Source: Macrostomum hystrix
Lineage: Eukaryota; Animalia; Platyhelminthes
Length of the DNA: 64,000 nucleotides
Direction of reading: 5' to 3'
Assembly: GCA_950097015.1 (NCBI GenBank)
Contig: CATNEN010000008.1
Span: 2,666,001-2,730,000, forward strand
Shown piece after piece: positions 47,901 to 60,421 of this stretch. Below the pieces are notes generated by a model that made no database searches, was not told where the DNA came from, and saw nothing but the letters and a program-made list of their open reading frames with translations. The position numbers were made by a program, and so were the translations under genes. Every line of letters starts with the position of its first letter. The first letter of the stretch is position 1.

Positions 47901-48919
47901 TGAGACAAAGCTGAGCTATTTAAGAGTCAGCTGTATCAGGGAGTAGTTGAACTGTTCCTAGGGGACCGAACAGTTTTGCCCAATGATGCTTCAGTGTAAA
48001 CAAGTAGGAAAATTAGGGGAAACTTCCGCACCCACTCCGCTCATCTGCTCTGCACTGGCCAATAATTGAGCGGTGCGGAAGGCAGTCGCAAAGCAGCACG
48101 GAAGACGCACACAGGAAAAGTGCAACAAAGCAGCTGACTCATCGCCTAATTGCTGACCATTGAAAAACATTTTCGAATGATTGAGAGGACCAGCGAATTC
48201 CCAAACGTCCCAACCGGTCTTGGAGGGGAGATAATTTTAGACGTGCACGATTTAGTCAGCTCGGTTCCAAAAGCCGACCGGACGCTCCTAAAAAAGGGCT
48301 CGAACTCTGTCTTAATTTAGCCTCCGCAGTGTTTAGCTGTGAGTCAGGCAGGCGCCGGTGATCCGGAGTGTTGAAACTAAAAACAGCCTAGGTCAATTAC
48401 TTCTATAACTTACTGCCTTGTGAAAAATCTTTCGATTAAAAAGACCTGACCCAGCGTGCACTACTAACAAGTAGTTTAAGGGATCTGGAATTGATGCAAA
48501 AAACTAACTGATCGGAGAATAAGATAATGAAGCACTTTTATAGGTTGTCGCGCGCTGTTGGACGGAAAACGGCGCATGTCTGATATTGTTTGATAATGTC
48601 TAGCTGATAAGGTCTTGCACAAGCAGCAGAAATCGCTTGCCTCGAGTTTAAGTGCAGCAAAACTATATTAGCTGCGCTGATTCGTTATTTCTATAAATCC
48701 GACTGACGCAAATTATCGTTTAGTCTTATTAACTTAAGGTGCAAAATTGCAGAGTTATTAGAAAAAATGTTTTCTTAGAAAGTACTTTTTATCCGGCGGC
48801 GATGTCAACTTGTTTTTTATAATTTTTTATTAAACTCTGGGTGATAGCTGTTACTACTTTATGTTAACAGTAGTATGCTAAAGGTTTGAATACAATATAC
48901 TGAACGAAGGCTCAATAGT

Positions 48920-51725
48920 ACTTCAGGTGTCCAACCTTCGGGTGTCCAAAGACAGTCTTCAGATGTTAAAGACCAACCATCAGGTGTCCAAGAACAAACT
49001 TCAGGTGTCCAAGACCAACCTTCGGGTATCCAAGACCAACCTTCAGGTTTCCAAGGACCAACCTTCAGGTATCCAAGACCAACCTTCAGGTATCCAAGAT
49101 CAACCTTCGGGTATCCAAGACCAATCTTCAGGTATCCAAGATCAACCTTCAGGTATCCAAGATCAACCTTCAGGTTTCCAAGATCAACCTTCAGGTGTCC
49201 AAGACCAACCTGCAGGTATCTAATATCAACCTTCAGGTGTCTAAGATCAACCTGCAGGTATCCAAGACCAACCTTCAGGTGTCCAAGATCAACCTTCACG
49301 TATCCAAGACAAACCGTCAGGTTTCCAAGACCAACCTTCGGGTATCCAAGACCAACCTTCAGGTTTCCAAGGACCAACCTTCAGGTATCCAAGACCAACC
49401 TTCAGGTATCCAAGATCAACCTTCGGGTATCCAAGACCAATCTTCAGGTATCCAAGATCAACCTTCAGGTTTCCAAGATCAACCTTCAGGTGTCCAAGAC
49501 CAACCTGCAGGTATCTAATATCAACCTTCAGGTGTCTAAGATCAACCTGCAGGTATCCAAGATCAACCTTCGGGTATCCAAGACCAACCTTCACGTATCC
49601 AAGACAAACCGTCAGGTTTCCAAGATCAACCTTCAGGTGTCCAAGACCAACCTTCGGGTATCCAAGACAAACCGTCAGGTGTCCAAGACCAACCTTCGGG
49701 TATCCAAGACCAACCTTCGGGTATCCAAGACCAACCTTCGGGTATCCAAGACCAACCTTCGGGTATCCAAGACCAACCTTCGGGTATCCAAGACCAACCT
49801 TCACGTATCCAAGACAAACCTTCGGGTATCCAAGACCAAACTTCAGGTATCCAAGACCAACCTTCAGGTATCCAAGACCAACCTTCAGGTGTCCAAGACC
49901 AACCTTCAGGTATCTAATATCAACCTTCAGGTGTCTAAGATCAACCTGCAGGTATCCAAGATCAACCTTCGGGTATCCAAGACCAACCTTCAGGTATCCA
50001 AGATCAACCTTCGGGTATCCAAGACCAATCTTCAGGTATCCAAGATCAACCTTCAGGTTTCCAAGATCAACCTTCAGGTGTCCAAGACCAACCTGCAGGT
50101 ATCTAATATCAACCTTCAGGTGTCTAAGATCAACCTGCAGGTATCCAAGATCAACCTTCGGGTATCCAAGACCAACCTTCACGTATCCAAGACAAACCGT
50201 CAGGTTTCCAAGATCAACCTTCAGGTGTCCAAGACCAACCTTCGGGTATCCAAGACAAACCGTCAGGTGTCCAAGACCAACCTTCGGGTATCCAAGACCA
50301 ACCTTCGGGTATCCAAGACCAACCTTCGGGTATCCAAGACCAACCTTCGGGTATCCAAGACCAACCTTCGGGTATCCAAGACCAACCTTCACGTATCCAA
50401 GACAAACCTTCGGGTATCCAAGACCAACCTTCAGGTATCCAAGACCAACCTTCAGGTATCCAAGACCAACCTTCAGGTGTCCAAGACCAACCTTCAGGTA
50501 TCTAATATCAACCTTCAGGTGTCTAAGATCAACCTGCAGGTATCCAAGATCAACCTTCGGGTATCCAAGACCAACCTTCAGGTATCCAAGATCAACCTTC
50601 GGGTATCCAAGACCAATCTTCAGGTATCCAAGATCAACCTTCAGGTGTCCAAGACCAACCTTCGGGTATCCAAGACAAACCGTCAGGTGTCCAAGACCAA
50701 CCTTCGGGTATCCAAGACCAACCTTCGGGTATCCAAGACCAACCTTCGGGTATCCAAGACCAACCTTCGGGTATCCAAGACCAACCTTCGGGTATCCAAG
50801 ACCAACCTTCACGTATCCAAGACAAACCTTCGGGTATCCAAGACCAACCTTCAGGTATCCAAGACCAACCTTCAGGTATCCAAGACCAACCTTCAGGTGT
50901 CCAAGACCAACCTTCAGGTATCTAATATCAACCTTCAGGTGTCTAAGATCAACCTGCAGGTATCCAAGATCAACCTTCGGGTATCCAAGACCAACCTTCA
51001 CGTATCCAAGACAAACCGTCAGGTTTCCAAGACCAACCTTCAGGTTTTCAAGACCAGCCTTCAGGTGTCCAAGACCAACCTTCGGGTGTCCAAGACCAAC
51101 CTTCAGGTATCTAATATCAACCTTCAGGTGTCTAAGATCAACCTTCAGGTATCCAAGACCAACCTTCGGGTGTCCAAGACCAACCTTCAGGTTTTTAAGA
51201 CTAACCGTCAGTTGTCCAAGACCAACCTTCAGGTATCCAAGATCAACCTTCAGGTTTCCAAGATCAACAACCTTCAGGTGTCCAAGACCAACCTTCAGAT
51301 ATCCAAGACCAAACTTCAGATATCCAAGACCAACCTTCGGGTTTCCAAGATCAACCTTCAGGTATCCAAGACCAACCTTCAGGTGTCCAAGACTAACCTT
51401 CAGATATCCAAGACGAACCTTCAGGTGTCCAAGACCAACCTTCAGATATCCAAGACCAAACTTCAGGTATCCAAGACCAACCATCATGTGTCCAAGACCA
51501 ACCTTCAGGTTTCCAAGACTAACCGTCAGTTGTCCAAGACCAACCTTCAGGTATCCAAGATCAACCTTCAGGTTTCCAAGATCAACAACCTTCAGGTGTC
51601 CAAGAGCACCTGACATTGGACCTTAATGTGTCCAATGTCAACCTTAAAATGTCAAAAGGCAGTCTTAATATGTCCCATACCAATCTTCAGGTAATCTAAG
51701 ATCAACCTTCAGGTGTCAAAGGCCA
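48920..51725. repeat. Minisatellite with higher-order structure, 21-bp unit CCAAGACCAACCTTCAGGTAT
   Basis: Directly visible; identical ORF blocks recur at offsets of 588 and 420 bp. Confidence 0.97.
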
Positions 51726-52226
51726 ATCTTAGATTTCACGATGTTATTCAGAGCTTCAGTCCTGACTTTTCTAATAGCACTTTAGTTCGCGCATCACGAT
51801 CGACAGTCATTCAATTAGAAGTTATATTATATTGCTTCTCGCGTTTGATTTACAATACCCTCTAGTCTCTATACCTCCTCCTTCATTGAAAATATATCTG
51901 CTGCATTTCGTAGCTTTGGTGCGACCAGTGCCAAGGGTTTAACAATAGCCGCGTAAAAAGCATTCTTAGGAGTGAGGGTGGGGCATCTTACGTTGTGCCG
52001 CATCTGGGAGTTACCCGACGGACAACAATGGACCCAGTCCCCGATGTATAACTATTACAGACGAAACTGGGTGGCAAGGCTGTAAAATGTGGGCATCAGA
52101 GAACACAACAAACACACGCTGGCTTAAATCCTTTACACTCTTTGGGCCGACTTTGAGAGTCCAACATTATTGGCTGGGGAGGGCGGCAGTGCTCAGCTTC
52201 TGCACCGCCAAATACGGCCAGAGCCC

Positions 52227-52263
52227 GAAGAAAAGAAGAAGAAGAAGAAGAAGAAGAAGAAGA
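52227..52263. repeat. (GAA)n microsatellite
   Basis: Directly visible. Confidence 0.95.
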
Positions 52264-52618
52264 TCCCTCGCTTCTGTTGCCAACGCGACTGATAATAAAG
52301 GTGTAGCTTTTGGGGGCTGAGAGAGACAGATAAGATGGTAGGGCCATGAACTGAGAGCTTCTGCTCAACTATCTAAAACTTAGGCATAGTCTATTAGTGT
52401 CAGCGTGTGTGCTCAGAACCTCAACAGCGTATGAGTACTGACTGACTGCTCGATCCAGCTTTTGCAGTCAGAAAATTTGTTTTCTTAAAACTAAGCTGCA
52501 GAAAAATCGAAAGCAATCTGCTGTGCTCAACGATGGTACATTGTAAGCACTGCTGCCGGCTGTACTGAAGTAATATTCGAACCGAAACCAATCAGCCGCA
52601 ACTTTGCCTAGCAGCAGC

Positions 52619-55600
52619 ATGATCAACTCCCACTCGCCATCATCTGTGACAAAGGTAGGTATTGCGATTGACAATCCATCTGGATTCTACATCAAGAAGG
52701 CTTCTTGAGGATCTCTGCAGCCTCCATTGGTATCCCATTGAGGATCTCTGCAGCCTCTATCGATATCTCATTGAGGATCTCTTCAGCCTCTATCGATATC
52801 TCATTGAGGATCTCTTCAGTCTCTTTCCAAATCCCATTGAGGATCTCTTCAGTCTCTTTCCAAATCCCATTGAGGATCTCTTCAGTCTCTTTCCAAATCC
52901 CATTGAGGATCTCTTCAGTCTCTTTCCAAATCCCATTGAGGATCTCTTCAGTCTCTTTCCAAATCCCATTGAGGATCTCTTCAGTCTCTTTCCAAATCCC
53001 ATTGAGGATCTCTTCAGTCTCTTTCCAAATCCCATTGAGGATCTCTTCAGTCTCTTTCCAAATCCCATTGAGGATCTCTTCAGCCTCTATCGATATCTCA
53101 TTGAGGATCTCTTCAGTCTCTTTCCAAATCCCATTGAGGATCTCTTCAGTCTCTTTCCAAATCCCATTGAGGATCTCTTCAGTCTCTTTCCAAATCCCAT
53201 TGAGGATCTCTTCAGCCTCTATCGAAATCCCATTGAGGATCTCTTCATTCTCTTTCCAAATCCCATTGAGGATCTCTTCATTCTCTTTCCAAATCCCATT
53301 GAGGATCTCTTCAGTCTCTTTCCAAATCCCATTGAGGATCTCTTCAGTCTCTTTCCAAATCCCATTGAGGATCTCTTCAGTCTCTTTCCAAATCCCATTG
53401 AGGATCTCTTCAGTCTCTTTCCAAATCCCATTGAGGATCTCTTCAGCCTCTATCGAAATCCCATTGAGGATCTCTTCATTCTCTTTCCAAATCCCATTGA
53501 GGATCTCTTCATTCTCTTTCCAAATCCCATTGAGGATCTCTTCAGTCTCTTTCCAAATCCCATTGAGGATCTCTTCAGTCTCTTTCCAAATCCCATTGAG
53601 GATCTCTTCAGTCTCTTTCCAAATCCCATTGAGGATCTCTTCAGTCTCTTTCCAAATCCCATTGAGGATCTCTTCAGTCTGTATCCAAATCCCATTGAGG
53701 ATCTCTTCAGTCTGTATCCAAATCCCATTGAGGATCTCTTCAGTCTCTTTCCAAATCCCATTGAGGATCTCTACAGTCTCTTTCCAAATCCCATTGAGGA
53801 TCTCTTCAGTCTCTTTCCAAATCCCATTGAGGATCTCTTCAGTCTCTATCGATATCCCATTGAGGATGTCTTCAGCCTCTGTTGAAATCCCATTGAGGAT
53901 CTCTTCAGCCTCTATCGATATCTCATTGAGGATCTCTTCAGCCTCTATCGATATCCCATTGAGGATCTCTTCAGCCTCTATCGAAATCCCATTGAGGATC
54001 TCTTCAGCCTCTATCGATATCCCATTGAGGATCTCTTCAGTCTCTATCCAAATCCCATTGAGGATCTCTTCAGCCTCTATCGGCAAGCCCTGAGGTTCTG
54101 ATCGAAAGTCTTTATCGATTTTTTTCGATTGGCCACAAATTCTACAACCGTTCGCCATTGCGGTTAGCAACTGCACAGCAATTTCCATAATTAAACTGCT
54201 GGAACTGACTGAGTAGGGCACACAATGCGATGGCTTCCAGTCGAATGTGTGGAGTGACTAGTTGTTATAGTCTACAAATTCTATTTTTACATTATTCTAT
54301 ATTTCATTCTGGCGCTAATAATAATCTTGTTTAGCAGATAATAGACTGGGCCATTGTTAATTTCTGCTTCCAGTCAGTTACCAGGCAGTCAAGAGTGCTT
54401 TTCATTCGAAGCAGCCAACGCATTTGCCTTAGATAATAGATAAAAAGATGGTGGCCGTGCAGCCATTTACAAATTGCCAACCAAAATAGACGACTGCAGA
54501 CAAACCTGCAGACCTGGCTAAAGCCGGTTTTTAAGCCATTTTTCACTGACTTCTCAAAGTCTATCTGCAGCCTTTGCTCCAATCGCTGAACAGTTATTGA
54601 AAGACTGATAAATTATGATTCTCTGTTACGTAAGTTCTTGTTCCCACTGCCGGTTGAAAAAGACAATAAGCATTGCTGGTATCATAGGCAGTTTCAGATT
54701 ATTAGAATCCAATTTACTCAGCGCTAATCTCGAACTCGGTCCCAACAGCGTCGGCTATTTAGCCGGCCGAACAAGGTCAACCGCGTCTACCCTGAGGAAG
54801 TTGCTGCAGTCAGCAGTACTGTCACATTGGCGTCCAAAGTCTCCACAGCCACTAACCTGAACCAGCAGCAGCAGCAGCAGCAGAGGCACATTCGTCAGTT
54901 ACTCAGCAGCTTCGACTCCGAGGAAAGTGCATACCAGAGCGGTGGCAGCAGTCCGGCCTGCGAAGCCGCCGCAGCCCGCGGTGGCAGCGCGGCTGACTTG
55001 GGCGGAGGAGTGGCGACATCGGCTACTGCGACATCCGGAGAGACAGTGAGAGAGCTTGCTGTAAGCAGAGGGGTTCATTGTTGAGTACTATGAACTGGTG
55101 TTCACAAATCATGTCACGGATTTCAGGCCCCCACGGCGCGCGCATCCTCATCCGAGCAGAGTCAGCCACAGCCGCAGCCGCAGCAAAGGCCTCAGCAAGC
55201 CACCGGTGCGGGCCGACTCAGCCGAAAAGGCAGTAGCCTTGACCTAATGGGCAGCGGCGCGAACGGCGACGGCCTCGGCACCGCAGGCAGTCGGCGGCAC
55301 TCCCGACGGTACAGCGTGTCTGGCGGCCCGATGCGCCAGGAGGTGACACTTGCCACTGCCGGTCTCGACCAGAGCGGAGACGACTTCAAAGAGCGGCTGA
55401 AGCGACTGTTCGGCGCCCGACCATCAATAGGCGGCGCAGGCGTGGAGCCTCCTGTCGTGGGTAACGGAGTCGTCGGCGCCACCAGCAGTGCCGCACCCAT
55501 CGCTATCAGCTCCTCAGATCTGCAGCGCTCGCTGCCGCGGTCACGCCGCACCAGCCTGGCTGCGCGCCTCTTCAGCCGGCTGCCGTTCGGTAGGCGCGAC

Positions 55601-55987
55601 GACGGCGACGCGTCGGATACGGAGGCGGCCGCCGAGGAGGCCGCCATGAGGTACTGCCGGCTGTGCGGCGAGCCCAACTGTGACCTGCACGGCAGCGTCA
55701 GCGAGATGTCGTGCGTCAGGCGCCAGCTGGCCTTGCTGGGCTTCTACCGCACCAGAGAGGACCATGAACGCTCGATGCTGCTGGAGAATCACACGGCAGC
55801 CCGGCTAGTCACAGCGGCCGCCGTGATTATGTTCCTGGCCATTGTTATCGCTCTCATTGTCCTGTGCGTCATTGCGGCGCAGCAGAAGCCGGCCAACAGT
55901 CAAAGCTCGCCGACAGCAACAGTCAGCACGAATTTGGTGGCAACAACAATTACAATGCCACCTGGTTTGGACAGCACCACCACCTAG
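52619..55987 (+). CDS. Uncharacterised single-pass membrane protein, about 402 aa, 3 coding exons
   Basis: Proposed exons are 52619-52654 (MINSHSPSSVTK, donor GTAGGT), 54749-55060 (acceptor CCCAACAG, donor GTAAGC) and 55127-55987 (acceptor GATTTCAG), all phase 0. The exons are GC-rich and coding-like, with a hydrophobic stretch LVTAAAVIMFLAIVIALIVLCVIAA. Exon 1 is the least certain. Confidence 0.65.
52700..54085. repeat. Intronic minisatellite, 33-bp unit CCCATTGAGGATCTCTTCAGTCTCTTTCCAAAT, about 42 copies
   Basis: Directly visible; lies in proposed intron 1 of the membrane-protein gene. Confidence 0.97.
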
Positions 55988-57003
55988 CACAGCTAGCCAC
56001 CGCAGACACTTGAACGCAGTCTCCTTAAGTGCTCTTGAGCTCAATTGTATGAAATATGGGAACAAATAGGTTTGTCGCACAAGTGTACATTCGCTTCCTG
56101 TAGTGAGCTTCTATGCACATCGACTTCAGGTATCGCAACAACAGCAGCAAATATGGAGGAACGTGACTTGGCCGCCGGAGGAGCTCAATAGCCAAGAGAG
56201 TCAACACCTCTTTATTGCCGACGAAACTATTCAAAAATTAAATTAATTTTTATTTTTTAATTACCTTTGTAAGTAGAGACGAATGAAAACAAAATCAGGT
56301 GAAAACAAAATCATTTAATCCAATTGTAAAGCCTTCTGTCCGAATTGCACTGCAATTGCTTTTCACACACGAAGCAATGCATGAACAATTCAAACTATTA
56401 GGGTCCGTGTTTTCTTTCATTGGCAATAAAACTAGCTGCAAAATCCGGTGCAATTTACAATACTACTGACCCAAATATTTTATTTGATTTCATAAGACTT
56501 ACCCAGCTCAACTACTATTTGTACAGTCTGTAAGCCGAAACATATTCTCCGACAATAAAGAGCCCGCGTGAGCAGAACTCAAATTTTGTTTGCAAACTTT
56601 TAGTTTTTTTGCCTGTCTGCTTTTGCAATTAAAAAGAAATTGCAGATGACAAAGTCAAAACAGAAAATTTACAATCGAATTAATATGCAAGTGAAATGCT
56701 TTTTTTGCTTCAACACTGCTGCTGCTGCTGCTGCTGCTGCTGTTCCATGTATTTTTCTTGGGCATTGCCGCTGTCCTTCAGAGATCGAATTTGAGTATTT
56801 TAAAAAGCAAATTTTGAACAGGTTACTTTTGGGCCGGCGATGGGGAAATCAACTTCTATACGCGTAAAAAAACAGAGAGTTTCGGAGAAAGGGCTGTAGA
56901 GTCCTGGTCTCCAAAAGGCAGCAAAAAGTTAATTAACTGTTTGCCTCTTTAAAGGGATAGAATCATCGGCTCGAATGTATGGCCGTTTGGGTCAGCTCTG
57001 GCA

Positions 57004-58075
57004 TCAGTGCGGTTCGTGGCCCTTCTGGTAGCTCAGGAACACCGGCGGTTTGGTGCCCGGCAGTTCTCGAATGATGGCCGTCTTGTCAGTGATCTTGAAC
57101 AGGATGACGGGCGTGTCCGGCGAGCTTTGGTCGCGCTTCACAAACAGAGTGTAGAACGTGTGCCGCTCCAGCTTCACGTCGCTTAGCGGGATGTTGTTGG
57201 AGCTAAGGTCGATGTACACAATGGGCGCCTCTGTGGTCTGGTTCTCGCTTTTGTACACCATCAGGATGGCTTTGCTCTCCTCCTCCTTCACGAAGCGGAT
57301 TGAGCAGTTCTTAACGTCCATCTCGAAGGTGTAGTCCTTCCAGATGCACTTCTCCTTTTCAGCCTAAAAATTGTGTATTAAAAGGATGTATTATATTTTT
57401 GCGCGAAGCTTGTAGACTCCAAGGCCTACAAGCGGCGTGTGCTCGCTGCTTGAGCAGCTTCTGTTATTATCGTTACTATTATTATTATTTGCACTAAAGC
57501 AACAACATCCCTGACCCGACTGACAGCTTACCTCAGGCAAATTGGTGTAGAAAGGGTCCTCGGCAAACACCAGCACCTGCTTGTTGTCCGAGTGAGTCGA
57601 ACGCTGAGCAATTTGGTCGATCTTGTTAACAATTGAGTGCATTGCCTTCTCATTCTGCTCTACCGTCATGAATAGGGTGTTTGGCGGTGTGTCCACCTCC
57701 TTCACACTAATCGGGATTGTCAAGCAGTTGAGGACACATTTAAATTGATTTTCTGTGACTAATCGCAGCTAATAAAGTGAAAGAAAAATAGGTATGGACA
57801 GAGGCTTACCGGAAAGTCTTCTCGGTGAGGACGATCTGAGCAATCTTCTGGTACTGGTATGCCTCGCCAGGCCGGGCCTTGATGAGGTAGTACTGATCCT
57901 TCTTCACTGCGATCCAGTCCGCCTCGGCCGGGTTGCCCTGCCATGTGGCCTCGCTCTCGTTCTCGATTGGAGACAAGCAGAACTGGTAGGTGTCTGCGCT
58001 GATGTCCACAAACTTGATCTGCTCCTTGCTGAGGTTGACATCGATTGAGAACGTGACGCGCTCCTTAGCAGACAT
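57004..58075 (-). CDS. Uncharacterised beta-rich protein with an internal two-fold repeat, about 266 aa, 3 exons
   Basis: Exons 58075-57810, 57706-57532 and 57363-57004 (801 nt). Both donors are GTAAGC, with acceptors CCGATTAG and TTTTTAG. Codon usage is strongly C/G3-biased. The first acceptor was chosen because it is the phase-compatible one. Confidence 0.75.
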
Positions 58076-59282
58076 GACTCCGAGCTCTTGGGTGGCTTTT
58101 GCTCTGACTTAACTTTGCCTTCTGACTTGTTTCTGCTTTTTGGCAAGCTTTTTTTATTTATTTGCTGGCTTAGAAATGATGCACTGTGTTTACGGGGGTT
58201 CATTCGCTGGCAGGTACAGTTGAGAACTTTATGCCATAGACAGCCGCCCAGCTGCGGTGTTTTGAATAGCAAAAGAAGCCAAAATGTTGATCTAAATGTA
58301 GATTTCCTTATTGCTACTAGAAATAAAAGTGAATATAGATGTACTTTTTACTCTGCAAATATTCGTAAATAGATATTCGAAAATGCTAATGAAACGCACA
58401 AATGGCCAAGTTTGCGTATGTGGCTAAACTATCATTAGCAGTAGGACTACCAAGCCATTTTGCCGCCCGTTTTTATACCAAGCGGGGGGAATTCCCCCAG
58501 AAGTTTTTTTGGCAGCGCCTGAATGCTAACAGCGTTGGGAGGTGACTGATTGGTTGACGGACTAGACGACAGTGAACTGTGTCGTCAAGGTGTCGCGTCA
58601 GGGTGTCCATAGTGGCCATTTCCAACTATTGTTGGAAAGGTCCAGCAAATCCGTCTAGATAAAGGTAGGTGACCACCGAAGACGGAGATGATGCAGGCAC
58701 TTTCGGGTGACATGCTGATCAATTTTGAAGGCCTAGCAAGGCCGCACTGAGGCGCAGTGCTAATTCGTGTATAGGGGTGTAGGAAATACACTAGCGCTTA
58801 TGGAAAAAATCTGACATTGAATATCTCGACGGTCTGGAGAGCTGGCGACTTGATTCTTGTTTCAGAAGATGTGCAACAAAAATTTGGCCCGTGTTCTGAG
58901 TTTCGTGTGCTTGCGTTGTTCCGTCGTCAGGGGGGACGAGAAATTCCCCCTTGGTAGTTATGGTCTTATATGTATATGCCAAGGTCGAAATCGAAGCGAA
59001 TCAACAGAACTATTTTTACTCTGAATTAAGGAATTTCCTTTAACGGCAGGAAAGGATTCCCTTGAACAAAAATAGGAATCGCATGAGTCGTCCTCTGCGA
59101 GAAAAATGAAATCAGAGCAACATAGAGAGACTGATCAAATCATCTGATGCGCCTGCGAGAACTATGCTTCCTGTCAGCTTTCGCTTGTCACTTGTCGCTT
59201 GTCACTCAGTCTAGTTTTAACTTCCGTCGATACATTTCACTTTTCGATTCGCTTTTACTCGCATCGCACACTCAGTCTACAA

Positions 59283-59595
59283 CATCACACACCCATTCTC
59301 CAACATCCCACACCCATTCTCCAACATCCCACACCCAGTCTCCAACATCCCACACCCATTCTCCAACATCCCACACCCATTCTCCAACATCCCACACCCA
59401 GTCTCCAACATCCCACACCCAGTCTCTAACATGCACCCAGTCTCCAACATGCACCCAGTCTCCAACCCACACCCAGTCTCCAACATCCCACACCCAGTCT
59501 CTAACATGCACCCAGTCTCCAACCCACACCCAGTCTCCAACCCACACCCAGTCTCCAACATCCCACACCCAGTCTCTAACATGCACCCAGTCTCG
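59283..59595. repeat. Minisatellite with 21/18-bp units CTCCAACATCCCACACCCA(G/T)T
   Basis: Directly visible. Confidence 0.93.
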
Positions 59596-60421
59596 AGACT
59601 CGAACACAAGCCACGTCGATAGTTGCTTGTCTTACAGAGGAAAAAATGACAAAAAGCACACAAAGCCACTTACAAATGGCTAGTAGTTGAATAAGCTGAA
59701 TCAGGTGACACTGGCTGAATTAGATCATGTAACGAAATTCTGACTTGCAAAATTATAACTTGATAAGCATATTATATTTGTTTTTATAGACCGCGTATGA
59801 TTATTATTGCTTTATGAAAGAGGTTAATCCATATAAGAAGTCTGAGACATTTTCTGAAATTTCAGCGGATTTAAAAAACTAAAAATTTGTTTAGATTTGA
59901 TTACAAAATCTTCGGATAATTCAATTAATAAACAAAGACTGCGTTTTTTGATGAAGCGAAAAAACTAGTTGGATATTTTAGAACTTGAAATCAAGAATCT
60001 GACTAAAAATTTAAGTATATATCCGTAGCGTTTAGTAGGCTTAGTAGTATAATCTGGTGACGGTTTAAGACAACATACAAGGCAATTTTATTTCTGAATA
60101 TTCTTGCATTAGCTACTGTTAGTAGCGTGACTTTGCAATACAATGCGCGCGAATTTAAATAAATTTAACTTAAAAACAAAAAGAAAAACTTGTAATTTTT
60201 GTTAGCAATTTTGTTACGAGCTAAAAGCTAATCCAAGCCTTGACTATACACAAGTCCGATATTTGAATCGATTATTGACAGTTCAAACAGGTCGATTGGA
60301 GGAGGGGCGGGTTGAAATCACTGGTGCGTCCAAGATGAGAATTACAAGTGTTTATCGAGGTCTCAGCTTCGCTTTTCTAGTTAGAGAGATAGAATCGTAA
60401 GCAGAGAATGTCTGGTCAAAC

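Noticed and set aside
51950-52263. 3' end of a LINE with a (GAA)n tail
   Set aside because: No RT-like coding remnant or TSD is recognisable upstream; kept only as a microsatellite.
55192-55792. Antisense or alternate-frame ORFs overlapping real exons (also 25756-26174, 42186-42389, 60433-61051, 61167-61662)
   Set aside because: These are shadow ORFs expected from GC-rich, CAG/GCC-biased coding sequence.
57391-57723. The listed 110-aa ORF as a stand-alone gene
   Set aside because: Its central part is exon 2 of the 57004-58075 gene; the remainder is intron read-through.
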